Shown in pieces: positions 38,131-51,095 of a stretch of 64,000 bases of DNA (positions are counted from its first letter, which is position 1; each line of letters opens with the position of its first letter). Source of the stretch: Ginglymostoma cirratum (Eukaryota). The stretch is taken from the NCBI GenBank assembly GCA_024137785.1, contig JAHRHZ010000217.1, positions 4,783,013-4,847,012 of the forward strand, in the 5' to 3' direction. Made by a program: the position numbers and the translations under genes. The notes under the pieces are model-generated. The model did not search any database and had not been told where the DNA came from. It saw only the letters and a list, made by a program, of their open reading frames with translations.

Positions 38131-38554
38131 ATATTTTGAGGCTTCCAGTATCTTCTTGACAGCTCTATATTTGCTGACACTTGTTGACACTTTTTGGCAG
38201 GTTGACACTTCTTGAAAGGACAAGACTTATTGGAAGCTTTTAACAAGTTGGACAGTTCCAATGAGCTTATGCACCATTTATGAACAAACTTTTCCAATAA
38301 CTTTCACAAGAGTATCTGAATACACCCAAAAGGATATCTGACTCCGTACTCCAAAGGATCCCGGATCTTCACCTTCAAGATATACTGATACCACAACCAC
38401 AAGGGTACCTCATCACTCCAAAGGCTACCCTGGCTATCCAAAGGAAAAGCACTGAGATCAGATCTGCTCTTACCTGGTTTAATCTCCACATTCTAGGGAC
38501 TATAAAATTCCATTTCAGCAAAATCAACCGTTCATTTAAATGGACAACAATGTC

Positions 38555-38757
38555 TGGAAACCAGGCATGTGTAAAAAGCCCATATTCAATCCTGTCCCAC
38601 AAAAAATCAAATGGGATTCAGGGTGAGGACTTGTGATTCCCAAAAAATTATGGCATAGTAGACACAGGGTCTATCAGGCAACAATCTGGATCTAAGTGTA
38701 CAACAAACAATCCATGATTCATGTGTGCCATTTCAAGGAGTCTTCAGTCTCATTTGT
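38555..38757 (-). pseudogene. DIAPH-like exon remnant (~exon 13)
   Basis: IMDC..QIV and PFDFLWDRIEYGLFTH versus IEECVSQIVLH..DPDFKYRQRLDIDLTH. Confidence 0.45.
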
Positions 38758-39399
38758 CTAACAAAATGCATTTGAGAATGGAAATAAAATTTGACCACTT
38801 TTCCAGACATTGTTATTAGCATCTCCTTTAGCATACCCACCCATTTCCAATATTTCAGTTTTTCCATTTTGGACTTGTATCTGTACGTGTTTCTGATACA
38901 ATTTTTTCAACAAAAATTTCATCCCTTTTCTTCTTTTAAATATTTGCATTTTTTAAAACAAGTCACTCCTTTCCGCAAAGCAATTTTGTTTTCCAGCAAT
39001 TACTCAATATCTTTTCTATGCTGTTTTGTTACACTTCTGTTTTCACTCTTTGATATTACTCAAATATTTCAAAATCTCAATCTTTAAACTACTGCTAAAT
39101 TAGAGAACAAATACCCATAACTCTATTGCTTAGGTTGTTGATTAATCTAACATTAATCTAACAATGGAATCTAACCATAAATCTGATTAATCCCAGCGCT
39201 GCATGATATCAAGTGTGTGAAGAAACATAGGAGCTTTCAATTTGGCTTCAAACCAGATGGCAAAACATGTGAAATCTACACCTGACAACACACATTATCA
39301 GAGTGTTCCATGTCAATCTGAATATATACATTTGACTATTTATGAAATTCTATTGCATTGACATGGTGTTCACAGACTGATTGGCTCTGGATCACTTTT

Positions 39400-39543
39400 T
39401 ACAGGTGACAGGTCAGATAATGTTGCACGATCATCAACAACAAATCCATTCAGTGATCATTAGATAGCTCTGAGCAGAGCTCTGAGCTGTCCTACTACTG
39501 AACTCACGCTACCTTCTGCAATATGCATGAATCTGTGCAGCAT
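39400..39543 (-). pseudogene. DIAPH-like exon remnant (~exon 12)
   Basis: Acceptor gttttatttag. Frameshifted SSAQSYLM..DLLLMIVQHY versus [22 protein letters not shown]. Confidence 0.5.
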
Positions 39544-39849
39544 CTAAATAAAACAGCATGTTTGAGAATTCACATGGGGCTCAACAAATTCTCCCTCGGT
39601 AACTGAGGTGTAATGTTGTTCCTCTCATTCATTTCAGGCATTGAAAATATCCCTGTGCAACTTTGGAAGGCAGAGTGTTGCCTTTCTACAGATATACAAT
39701 CATTAGATCTGATCACTGCAAGCACCAGTTCAACGAGTGGCACTATTTGTTCATAAAAGCATTCTAACAGAGGAGCTGACATATGTTGAATCCTCATTAA
39801 CAAATGTGTAGGGCAAATAAGTAGGTTGCAAAAGACACAAATGCATATT

Positions 39850-40490
39850 TTGAGGGATACCTTTCATCTTAAAATTTTATGTTTATCTAGCCCAGTTTGG
39901 AGGCACCACACAAGGCTGAAGCAGGACAAACGAGTCCCACGACTGCTGCTAGAACATTGGGCATGTATCTCCCTAATATACTAATTTGTTGCCACCCAAA
40001 TGCGAGATTTTTAAGAAATAAAATCCCTTTCTATTGATAAAGGTGACTTTGACGAATTGTTGGTGGGAACTGGGCATGGCTAATTACAGGCAGTTTACCA
40101 CACCATGCAAAGGCTGCAATAGTAAAAACTAGTAGTGAAAACAGCCCATTATGAAGCGATGTAGTTATTTCTCCATGCCTAATGAGCATTGGTCTTCATT
40201 GCTCTCCGTCACACTCCTTGCAACAAATGGTCTGCTTCAAGGATGCTTGAAAGCATGACATATAGACTCTAAACATTGATTTTCACTCTTGGGAGATATT
40301 ATCCAACAACAAAGGGAAATGCTGAACCTTACTGATGGGCTGGAATAGGCCACTGTGGTGATCAATAGCTCGGGTGGTTCGACAATATGCATCAGTGCCC
40401 TACAATGGCACATGATAACCACCTTATAAAATACACATGTGCTAGAACCTGTCTCGCATGAATCACTCTCTTCCATCATCAACATTTATG
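39850..40490 (-). mobile_element. Harbinger (HARBI1-like) transposase fossil
   Basis: Colinear degenerate motifs SVTE, FTIAAF, VVNCL*LAMP, FINRKGFY, WDSFVL, DERYP versus Harbinger VTEA, FxAIAGF, IDCTHVAI, FINRKGFH, HDSFIL, GDKGYP. Confidence 0.65.
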
Positions 40491-40784
40491 TACCATCTGA
40501 AATTACCCTATCACCATTGAAATTGCTTTATGTCGTTCATCTCAGGTACTGAAAGGACGCTGATGATGGCAAGCAACAAATGACATATAGCTATCTTACA
40601 TCTATAAAATGGGAACAGCCCAATCAATTTAAAGGAATCAGCTCTTGATGCAATCAATAGATTAGCCTGCAGCAGATAGCAAAAGTTAGTTGAAAGCACT
40701 CTTATGAAACAGGTACATCAAAGGTAATTGTCAACTGGAACATCCAGGTTGGAGCTAACCTCTCTGTAAACATGAGTATTTACA

Positions 40785-40901
40785 GGCATTAAAAAATTGT
40801 TGAGGTGTCTTTACATCTGAAGATGAGGCCATCTTCAGCTACCTCATTGTTGCCATGAAAATAATTAAAGAAGTTCCCTTCTGTCAACTTGTCAAATTGT
40901 G
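40785..40901 (-). pseudogene. DIAPH-like exon remnant (dimerisation domain, ~exon 11)
   Basis: Acceptor tttttgctccag. FNYFHGNNEVAEDGLIFRCKD aligns without gaps to LKVFDENKEDDLTELSHRLND / [21 protein letters not shown]. Confidence 0.6.
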
Positions 40902-41079
40902 CTGGAGCAAAAATTGGCAATACATCAGCAAAGGGTGTTTTAGCAAAATTAATGTTGAAATAAAAACATGAAATATTTAAAATATGCAAGATCAATGCAA
41001 AAGAGGCTTTCTGTGCAAAAGAAGGCACTAAAAGCTAAAGTGAACAGCAGTTGTAAAACAAAAAGTTCGGTATGTTAGC

Positions 41080-41198
41080 AAGAACTGCAGATGCTGGAGT
41101 CAGAGATAACAAAGTGTGGAGCTGGAGGAACATAGCAGGCCAGGTAGCATCAGAGGAACAGGAAAGCTGATTTTGGGTCAGAACCCTTCTTCAGAAAA
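41080..41198 (-). mobile_element. Penelope-like fragment
   Basis: AACTGCAGATGCTGGAG..GAGCTGGAGGAACA..CCCTTCTTCAGA. Confidence 0.75.
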
Positions 41199-41789
41199 TG
41201 TTATGGTGTGCTACTTGTTGTGATTGCATCATCTGAGATGCTTGGCTAATTTCACTGCCACCAATCCTTCTCATTGGTATTAGGGTGGGTTAGAGATACC
41301 AATTAGGAATGGATGCTCAGGCAAAGACTTTGGCAGAAGGGGTGCTTGGTGACATTGAACAGGGAGAAGAATAGCTAGTTAAATTACGTCTGAGTTACAT
41401 ATTTTGTGGAATCCCAGCCCAGACTTTAGAGTAAGTGCACATGACTGTTTATCTACGTGGAACTTAGTGTTTAGAAACTGGTGCAGAGAAACCTCTTAGC
41501 CCATCCCAGAACTAGCCCTCTATAAGTAGTGATGTTAGCTAAACCCTTCGGATTTTGAAGCATAAGAATGAGTGCTTTTAAAAGTATGTTTACTGCATAC
41601 ATGAGAAATACAAGAGACACAAATCAAACATAACTACATATCAAGATGAGGCTTAAGGCGTCAGAGTATGTTTTCCTTGATCAAAGGCAGCTAAGAGATT
41701 TTTTAACATGATATTATGAAGTGAAAAAAAGTAACTGTTTCCAAAGCTGCAAAAATGATTTTACCATTACAACAATGATTATGCCATAC

Positions 41790-41940
41790 ATATTTCATTA
41801 AGCGCTGGAGTTGCAGACTTTCCCCTTTTATGGTCACAAAATCCACAGAGGGATCAGTAACAAAGGAGGAACTAACTGAACTGCACTCTAGTTGGCAGTA
41901 GACATCATTAATTGATGAGCAAAATTGTAAAGCATGCTCG
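41790..41940 (-). pseudogene. DIAPH-like exon remnant (DID, ~exon 10)
   Basis: LQF..IN...FVTDPSVDFVTIKGESLQL versus [28 protein letters not shown]. Confidence 0.6.
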
Positions 41941-42196
41941 GACACATTTCAATTATTCGCAATATTAACACATCCCAGACGTAAAATAAAAGCAATGCCT
42001 TGTTTAGAATAGATATCATGTATTCCAAAGTTTTAGAAAGTAATTCATGAAGGGTATTCTTACCCTTTGGTTGTTGGATGCTACTAATGTGATTATTTGC
42101 TCATTACTAAGGGGATATCTTACAATAAAGCCATGATCTCTGCAGAGACTTATAACTTTAAAAAGAGAATAAATGTCATAGTAAACAAATCGAGGA

Positions 42197-42310
42197 TCAT
42201 AGAACCATAGAATCTCAACAGTGTGGTAGCTGGCCTTTCAGCTCAGCAAGTTCACACCAACCTTTCACACAGCACCCCAACCAGACCCACCCCTACCCTA
42301 TCCCTGTAAC
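42197..42310 (-). mobile_element. HE1 SINE 3' part
   Basis: CATAGAATC tail and CCAGACCC..CCCTACCCTATCCC (antisense HE1). Confidence 0.6.
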
Positions 42311-42519
42311 AGGTGATGAGATTTCACATTCTAAGCCTTTTAAAATGGCGAACTAAAATGTCCATTGACCAATTATTGTGTTGTAGGCAATTAATACACT
42401 AAACTATAGAACAGATAAACAGATGTTGCCAAACCTGCCGAGTTTCTCCAGCAATTTTTTGTTTTTGTTTTAGAATAGATGACCTCCTTAATGCAATCAA
42501 AAATGCCATACTGCGTTTG

Positions 42520-44125
42520 TTGTGCCACATTCTTTGTAGACATATAATGATAATTGAAAAACAGAATTCCTTTTCCTTGCTTCACCAAGGTGAATCTTCC
42601 AGGTCCTTTTAAACCAAATCGTCTTTACTCAATCCTTTGAGCATAATCAAGAGGACTTTGTAGGATTGAGCAAAAATCTCCATCATCTAAAATACTGGGG
42701 AAGACCCTGGACTTTTCCAACATCTAAAACCTAGTGCTCAGGCTGCAACAAATACACAAAGAGCCATAATGATTTCTGTCTAGGGCTACTGTTCAAACTG
42801 GAAGTCCAATTTGTGTCTCCACTCTAAGAGAACAATCAACCAAACCTAACACTCTAAGCTAAAAGTAACTTTTACACCTGGGGCTACCCAACACAGACAT
42901 TATGAAACCTGTACAGATACCAGACATTCAACTGCAATCAATATTCATTCACAGAGACATAAACAGAAGTTGCAAGAAAAGCTCAGTTCTAAGGAAGGGT
43001 CACTGGACCCAAAACATTAACTCTGACTTCTCTTCACCAGAAGAGACTTCTCCAGACCTCTGGAGCTTTTTGAGCAACTTCTGTTTATGTTTCTGATTTA
43101 CAGAGTCTACTGTTCTATCAGTTTTCATTCACAGAGATATTGGGCATTCAACTTCAATCAAAATCCATTTACACATACTCTTAACTATCGGGAAGCCAAC
43201 TGACTGCAAAGTGAGCACTGGTAATACAATGCCAAGTGCAGATTTGGAGCACAGATAAGAGACCCACAAATATTATAATTGCAGACCCCGATCTTATCTG
43301 AGAGAGATCTCCTGAGAGCTATCTCCAGAAGAGAGATCCCAAAGACTTATCTCCTTGGCAGCTATCTGCACAGCAATCTCCAGAAGAGGGATCTCAACAG
43401 CAATTCTGAAACCTACTGAAACAAGCCTTCCAACAGCAACCGACCATGACCTGCGGACCTAATACCCAACAACCTCTGAAAACCACCGACCCAACAAACA
43501 CCACAAGGCCTCAGACACATTCTGAGGTGAAAGCTAGTCCACAAAACAACCAGAAAGTAAAGAAAACCAAGTACGCACCAGATAAATTCACTGTACGTCC
43601 TACAGCATCAGCAGATTCAACCGAGACTGAAGGCCTACACCATCTGAAGTCCTCATCGAGGCACCGGGTGCGGCAAGTGAGAACAGTCAGCTGTACTTCA
43701 AAATTGTGTTTTATCCCCGGTGGTGAGCTTACACTTTTGAGACACCAAAGTTTCCAACCTAGCTAGTAGTGAGGTGAAGGCAAGTGGTGACAGTGCAGGA
43801 AGCCCAAGGGTAGGAAGCCCGATTAAAGTTTTCTGTAATGAAAACTACTGTTTAGCTTCTAATAATGTTTAACTTGTAATTGATTTAATAGCATATTACT
43901 CTCCTCTGTGCAGTTGATTGTGTCATTTTCACTCTTTGTTACATTTGCTTGTATTATACATACCTTTTAATAAACTCAGAAATTTTCTTGCCCTGAAACA
44001 CCTGTCTACTGCCTTCTTCATTTTACATTCCTAAATAAGTCCAGTGTCAGAACCAGGGATCTGGAGGTAATTCAAACCACCTAAAAATCAGCAAATTACT
44101 GATCGCAAACCAGAATCCCCACACT
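42520..44125 (+). mobile_element. LTR-like region containing a Penelope fragment (42955-43125)
   Basis: Short internal repeats (GAGAGATCTCC / GCTATCTCC), late AATAAA at ~43968, TG...CA-like ends; no TSD seen. Confidence 0.3.
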
Positions 44126-44149
44126 CCTCATTGTTCAGTTCCTTCTGAT

Positions 44150-44358
44150 GGGCTGAATCTTACCAGAAATCAGGTAACTATTATTTTTATTGTCTCTAAT
44201 GAAAGGTTATTCTTCGTGATGCCCAGTGAGTTTTCTCACATTATCCGACTCAACTTGCCTCAATAACTAGATATTACGCCTGTATGATGACCTGTGCATC
44301 TGATGCTAACACAATTCTCCCACTCACTGTAGGTCACTGTGACCCGGTAAAATACAGG
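44150..44358. mobile_element. Harbinger-type MITE
   Basis: GGGCTGAATCTTACCAG ... CCGGTAAAATACAG imperfect TIRs. Confidence 0.45.
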
Positions 44359-46140
44359 TAGTCTGGAGATAGCCCCTACTGTTCAAATAATTTTCTCTTG
44401 AGAGAGTAAGATGGAGGATTTAAACATTAAGCATGAACAGTGGATTGCAGAGTGTTGTTCGGTGAATGATGGGAGTGTAGTACATTCAGCAGCATTGGAC
44501 CTTGGTGCTATCGAGGGGAAGATGTTGTGTGAAGATGCAGTTTGGATCTCTTGTGACGCAGGTCCCATAATTTCAGATCCAGAACCTGGGAATTTACTTT
44601 CGTGGCCGCTGACTCCCACTCTTTATTTTGAGGGTGGGGTGGCTGAGAGCCGTTATGACATTTCTCCTGCCCATGTCCACTATTAATGTTTACAGCACTT
44701 CATCAACTTGGAATTCATTCTCAATCCTGATGTTCCCTGTTCTCAGTGTTACTCAGTACAGCTCCACTTTAAGAGGAAAGCCTCGCATGAAGGAGTTCAG
44801 ACTGGCTGTATCACATTGGCAATAATGCTGATTGGCTCTAGACCGGGCAAAGAGATAGCTAACAGTTCAGAGACAAACAGTGAGACATCACTCCCCACTA
44901 TGCTACAATCAAAGTAATGATACCACAGCAGCAGCGGCAAATCTAACAGAACCAATAAGGGCCAATTGTCATCTCCATCAATGAAAACCAGGACAAACCA
45001 ATTTTAGGCTATATGTTTAGTGAATGGTTCAGAGGAACAGGGTACAATCATCTTTAGGGCAAAGAATGGTAGCTCAATTGGCCTCAGTACCTCATACCAG
45101 GTAAAGGAAGTTTCCAAATGACTATTAATGGATGCCACTGGTTGTTAGGTGAGAGGTTGATCCAACATGACTATAATGTCAGGTACAGTTCATTGACATT
45201 GAGTCACCTTGAAATTATAGAAGACATTTTCTGATTTCTCACTGATCGACAGATTTTTCCCTACCTTTAAGAGTCATCTGAAAATGAAGCTAGGCCAAGA
45301 CCGTGAGAGAATGGAATTTCAAGGCCAATTTTTAGTCAGTTGTGCTGGAAAGCTCTTTGTGTTCCTTGTACCTCAGCATGAATATTTTTCTTTCCGAAAT
45401 GGTGGGAAATTTTGCAAGTAGAGCTGCCATTTTATAGTTTATGCTTTCATTATATGAATTACATTAGAAAGTGGAAGTACTGCTATAATTCCGAGGCATT
45501 ATTTATGGAACAAGAAGCAGTCTAACTTAATTGAACTAAAGCTCTAGATAAGGTTGACAATGGTGTTGGATTAAACAGGCTTTCTAGCAAAGTTAAACAA
45601 TGTAAACGATAACTGTTCTGAGGAGACCCAAACTACAGATATGCGTACAATTTCTGAAGGATTTCATTTCCATGCCTCAGATTAAAAGAAAAAGAGACCT
45701 TCTCCTTGCAAGGTCGTGGGTTAAAACTGATGCTGCATTGAATAAAGTGACTGGAAAGTATTATTAAAATATAGCGGTGCAAGTGGTATGTGATTAGCTA
45801 GTGTTTTAATAAGGAAGATTTATTACCTTAGCTTATCTATTGGTGTTTTTACACAGCTTTCCTTTTCACACATTGTTGATCAAAAATAAAGGATTACCAC
45901 AAGCTGGTTTATTGAACGAATAATGCTGGAAGATTTTATTTATTTTGAAGCTATTTTTACCTTTACTGTGGAGTTTTTGCTGACATAGTACCACACAAAT
46001 AAATATAATCGCCCATTTGTTTGCTTAAGTGCTACAACTACAGTCATTTTAAATTGTTTTTTTCTTTTCTACTCTGCTTTATTCTTGTTTTGTCATCTCC
46101 TCATTTTAATCACCGTTGTGCTGAGGGACAAATGGTGACA

Positions 46141-46156
46141 TGACGTCAACCGGAAG
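46141..46156 (+). promoter_or_regulatory. Abutting full CRE (TGACGTCA) and ETS-like (ACCGGAAG) motifs
   Basis: TGACGTCAACCGGAAG seen directly; two intact CpGs in otherwise CpG-poor DNA. Confidence 0.35.
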
Positions 46157-47188
46157 AAATAAAATAGAGAGCTTTTATTTAATTTCTGTTTGGATATGGG
46201 TCAAGTTCTACATTTGAGGAATGACCCATTTAGTGGTCTCGAACCCTGCAGTGCTCAGTCAATCAGAGAGATGTTGCCAAACCTGCCAAGTTACATTGGC
46301 ACTGCCCCAGACTTGAAAGATTCAGCCATGACCTGCAGCACATCCACTTAAGTTGGCATCTGTCGGACTATGCCTGTGACAGAAAATACTCAACGCTTGG
46401 ACTGTCATACAAGTCCTGTAGGCTTTCAAGCTTTTAGATTATAAATGCTTCTGTCTATCGTGCCGTCTTGTCAAATATTTCAGGATTACAAAGGTTTCCA
46501 CCAGAAACTGGTCTGAATATTGAATTTTCTTATTTAATATATAATTCCCATCTTTTTCCCTGGAAGTTTTACAGTGATTTTCTAAAGTACTGCTGCAGAA
46601 TATTCAAGACAAAAAAGGCAATCTTCAGCACTGCAAGATAATATCCTATTGTTGATTTTATAGATGCTGATATGATTGATTTTAAGCTTTATGTTATTCA
46701 AATAGAACATAAAAATTCTAATTGTAGATTGGGATCAGTCTTAAACATTCATTTCAATTTGTTAATCATTACTGCATATAGAGTCCGAAGAAAACAGAGA
46801 TATCAAAGGATGGATGTAAATCTGCTAACAAACAAATACGGTAAACACCTGTATCTGTGAAATCATGAATTATGAATTTGCATACCTGCACCAAAAAAAA
46901 GGAACGACAAAAGTCAACATCCGCAGGCAAAAATTGCTTATCCATGATATTTTTAACTTTTTTTTAACCACCTCTACATTCACAAATTTCATCATTTGCG
47001 GGAAATCTCAGGAACAGAGCCCTCAGGGATACAGCGGACTGTATAATTATCTTAGAAAGGGATGATTGTGGGGTCAGGAGATGCCAGTGGGGAAAAAAAC
47101 TCAACAGGGAGTGTTGGCCATTAAGCTGTAGGCCCATAACCTGCATTTGCAGTCCATTCATTTGAATGGATAGCAAATCAGCTACATG

Positions 47189-47354
47189 CAGCATTTCCTC
47201 TAATTTTCTTTCCAGCTGTTTGGGCAGCCAAGGTCAATGTGTGGCAGCGAATTCTAGGATCAGAAGTCGATGTTACGATTGGTATACCAATACGAATCAC
47301 TGTGTGCGGAAATTTGGAGCAGTTGAATGCACATGGCAATCACAGGGAACATTG
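47189..47354. mobile_element. hAT (Tip100-like) MITE
   Basis: TIRs CAGCATTTCCTCTAA / CACAGGGAACATTG; 8-bp TSD GCTACATG / GATATATG (6/8). Confidence 0.6.
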
Positions 47355-48277
47355 GATATATGCTCGCTCATGATCTCCCAAACAGTCTTCTCTAATCACC
47401 AATCTTTACTGAGAGCACTGGACTTAGGAATCAATCCTAGAACTTGCTATGGTCCCGAGATACTCAAAACTATATTCATTGCTTCCACTGCTGTTTTTTG
47501 CCCTGCATTTCTGCTGCATGGGTGGCAAACTGTCCACATAGGTGGGAAATTTGCAGAACCACCCAATGTACCATGATCAACAAGGTCTGAAATTGCCTCT
47601 GAACACTGCAAATAATGTATTCATCTTCAAAATTTTGTACTCATTGGAATGCAGTTATCCTCAAGGACAACATACTTCAACTTTCAAGACAAAGTTCTCA
47701 AAAACATGGATGACACTCAGGGTCCTGTGTAAACCTGTCTGTCGGGGTGGCAAGTAGTGAACTTGAAGCTGAATCTCATGTAAACAAGTTTTGGTATTAA
47801 AGTGTTGAGATGGTAGGCTCAAGTCATTGGTCCTCTTGACTGACAAAGTAATATGGTTCAAAATATCTTGGTGAACAAAGTTTATTTTTGTTACTTGTTA
47901 TTTAGTTTTCAATTTCACATTTAACTTATTTGTCATGTAGCTATAATGTTCTTGTGACTTAGTTAAGTTACAAAGAACTATTGTGATGAGAGTTTTTTTT
48001 CTGAGATTTTCATTAATAGTATGACATATTAAGGTCAAAGAGAAGGTGCCAAAATAACAGCCCAGGGCAACATTTCCTTGAGGCCAGCCCTGATCATTAT
48101 GGAATCCTAATTCTGACATTTTTCAGTTCAACTCAAACTGTTATCATCTTATCTATCTCACTGAAACACAAATATCATCTCATATGACACATTTATATCC
48201 AGATGAATTTCCTACCTTAAATTCTGATCTGAAAAAATCTGTGTGTCTTAGTTCATTTGCACATCCTTCATGCCTAC

Positions 48278-48552
48278 CTTAGCCTGTTTCAAATGTCTGA
48301 CTTTGATCTTCTGTGATTGAAAAAGAATCTTTTCCTCTTCTCAATAAATTCATCTGTGGTTTCCATCGTTCTTCTAACATTGGCATTTCAGTGGAAAGTT
48401 TCAATTCTATGTCAGGCAAAATTGAAGTTATCAACTTCATCTCTTCGGAAATCTCCACTCTTCTTAGTGGCTTCAATTCTCTCAATCAGCAGCGACTTCA
48501 GCTCTGCCGTATTAGAGGAAGTGACTTTAACCCCATGTAGGACTTGGGCCAA
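48278..48552 (-). pseudogene. Exon-like segment containing DIAPH1-like ~exon 9 remnant
   Basis: Acceptor ttctcctgtag and donor aag|gtaggc. ERIEATKKSGDFRRDEVDNFN versus DIAPH1 [20 protein letters not shown]. In-frame TGA stops follow. Confidence 0.65.
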
Positions 48553-49759
48553 CTACAGGAGAATGGTCAAGGGTAAAACATTTTCACTGTCCTAAGTTTT
48601 ATGCACTTTGTATTTTCACCCAGGGGTCTCAAACATATTGTGGGGCAGGGGCCTATTGATTGGTAAGATAGGAGGTACTGATGTAGCGGTAGGGTCATCC
48701 ACTGGAGGTGCATCTCTTACTGGAGTACTGCTGGACAAGCCCAGGATGCCAGGTGGCACTGATCCAAGGTTACCAACTATGTCAAAGCAGTCTTCCTGGT
48801 GCAGAGAAGTGGGCAGCAGTGCCACAAGAAGGTCAATGATCTTCTCTGATGTGTTACGGCAAGTGCCATAGTCTTCTTTTGGCTACCTCACACTCTATCT
48901 CTGCTACTGGAGCCTTTTTCACCATACTTGTTCTCTGCCACTCTCACTTCTACCTGCGACATCATCCCTCACCCACTCTCAGTCCCGCTTGATGCAAACT
49001 CTGCATGCCCTCTGGGCTGCTTACACACTCAACCGGGACACCTTGCCACCTTTCAACCACCTGTACAAGCTGTGCCACCCTCTTTCATCTCACTCAATCC
49101 CTCAATCTGTGAGAGGACAGGCCACAAATTGAAAAGGCACAGACAGGTGGATGGGTGCCTGCCATCAAACTCTTCATCCGCTGTGAGGACATTTCTTGTC
49201 CGTCACAGGAGAAAACTGGACACTCCTATGGAGACACAGAGATCACCAAACAAATCAAAAAAACCCACTCTTCATTCCACAACAACTCTCTCATTAACCC
49301 TGCTGTCAATCTGATTTATTGCACATCACTTCTAATCATCGGCTGTTATGCCTTCTCCCTTTTGAGGGTGAGGAATAGGAGCAGTGTGAGGGGATGGCAC
49401 TCATTTCCCAGAAGCTGCTGGAGTGTAGCAACACTCTGGGGACTCAGCTATCTCAAGCATGTGATCATCAGTTTGACTTGATGGACAGTTTGATGGCTGA
49501 AATGGAGAGCTGAGTCCAGTATCCTCAAGGACTGCAGTATACTGCAAAGACCTGCACTCTATGGTTTCACCCATTGGTCCTCAGGACCAAAAGCATGGAG
49601 AAAGGATACAGCCAACCAAGTGCCCACTTTAGGTACCATTTTCTCACAAAGAGACAGGGCAGTGCCAGTAGCACCTAGCTGAAGAAGGAAGAATTGACAA
49701 TTCCACAAGAAGTTTAATTTTCCAAGGAGTGACTGAGTGTGAAGATGAGGATTAATTTC

Positions 49760-51095
49760 ATCTATAGACATCAGTCAGCCTCTTAACAAGATCTTGCATT
49801 GTAGACTGGTTAAAAAGTTAAGAACACGTGAGATCCAGGGCAATTTGGCAAATTGAATCCAAAATTGGCTTAGTGGCAGGAAACAGGCAGCAATGGGTGA
49901 AGAGTGTGTTTGTTAGTGGAAACCTGTGTCCAGTGGTGTGGAGGGTTTGGCACTGGATCCGTTGATCATTGTTGTCAATAAATTAGACATGAATGTAACA
50001 GGTTTGGTTGGTAAATTTGCGGATGACATGAAAACTAGTGGTCTGCTAAATATGGAGGAGGAAAGCTTTAGACTGCAGGGTAATATAGACGAGTGGAACA
50101 GTGGCAAATGGAACTTAATCCTGAAAAGTGTGAGGTGATGCATTTTGGGAGGATTAACAGGGCAAAGGAGTGCAAGTTGAACAGCTGAATCCTAGGAAGT
50201 ACAAAGGATCAGATGGACTTTGGCGTGCGTGCCCAAAGATTCTGAAGGCAGCAGGATAGGTGGAGAAGGTGGTTAAGAAAGCATATGGCGTACCTATATT
50301 AGTCAAGGCCTTGAATACAAGGGCTAGAAGGTTATGGTGGAGGTGTGTATTACATTAGTTAGGCCGACAGCTGGTGTACTGTGTGCCGTTCAGGTCATCA
50401 CACTTTAGAAAAGATGTGATTGCACGAGAGATGGTGCAGAAGTCTTTCACCGGGATGTTGCCTGGGCTCAAGTGATTCAGCTATGAAGAATGACGGGATA
50501 GGCTGGGATAACACAGTGTAGAGCTGGAGGAACACAGCAGACCAGGCAGCATCAGAGAAGCAGGAAAGTTGACGTTTTGGGTTGGGACGTTTCTGAAGAA
50601 CTTTCAACTTTCCTGCTCCTCTGATGCTGCCTGGCCTGTTGTGTTCTTCCAGCTCCGCACTGTCTTATCTCTGTCTCCAGCATCAGCAGTTCCTACTATC
50701 TGCGGATAGCTGAGGGTTGTTTTCCGTAGAGTAGAGAAGGCTAAAGGGGAGTCCAATTGAGATGTACAAAGTTCTGAGGGGAATAAGACAGGGTAGATAG
50801 CAAGAAATTTTTCCCCTTTATATACGGGTCAATAGAGAGCATAGATTTACATTATGGAGCATGAGGTTTGTAGAGGATGTGAGGGAAAGAAAATATCTAG
50901 AGATGGGTAGTAGGGATTCACTGCCTGAAAGTGTGATTAAAGCAAGAAACCTCAAGGCAATTAAGATCCATATAAGTAAGCAGTTGAAATGCCACAGCAT
51001 AATTGTTATGGAAAATAGGATTCAAATAGATAAATGTTGGATGACCAGTATGGATAAAATGGGCCAAATGGTCTCTTTCTGTGCTGTAAGACTCA
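49760..51095 (+). mobile_element. CR1 LINE RT-to-3' fragment
   Basis: ORF 49926-50138 SSGV..VGKFADDMK; downstream CR1 C-terminal motifs. Confidence 0.85.
50507..50703. mobile_element. Palindromic Penelope-like insertion inside CR1
   Basis: Inverted arms GAGCTGGAGGAACAC..GCAGCATCAGAG / CTCTGATGCTGC..GTGTTCTTCCAGCTC; host GGATAG(G)CTG is duplicated on both sides. Confidence 0.75.

Noticed and set aside
44280-44330. Splice donor CA|GTGAGT closing a long minus-strand exon
   Set aside because: Falls inside a Harbinger-type MITE (44150-44358).
48278-48552. Three in-frame TGA codons in an exon-like segment suggested selenocysteine recoding
   Set aside because: The segment matches a decayed DIAPH exon, the alternative frame also has stops, and no SECIS is evident. 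Ordinary decay (e.g. CGA>TGA) is sufficient.
48616-48825. Pro-rich minus-strand ORF as a host exon or FH1 domain
   Set aside because: It is antisense to the Harbinger Myb/SANT remnant and is out of order for FH1.
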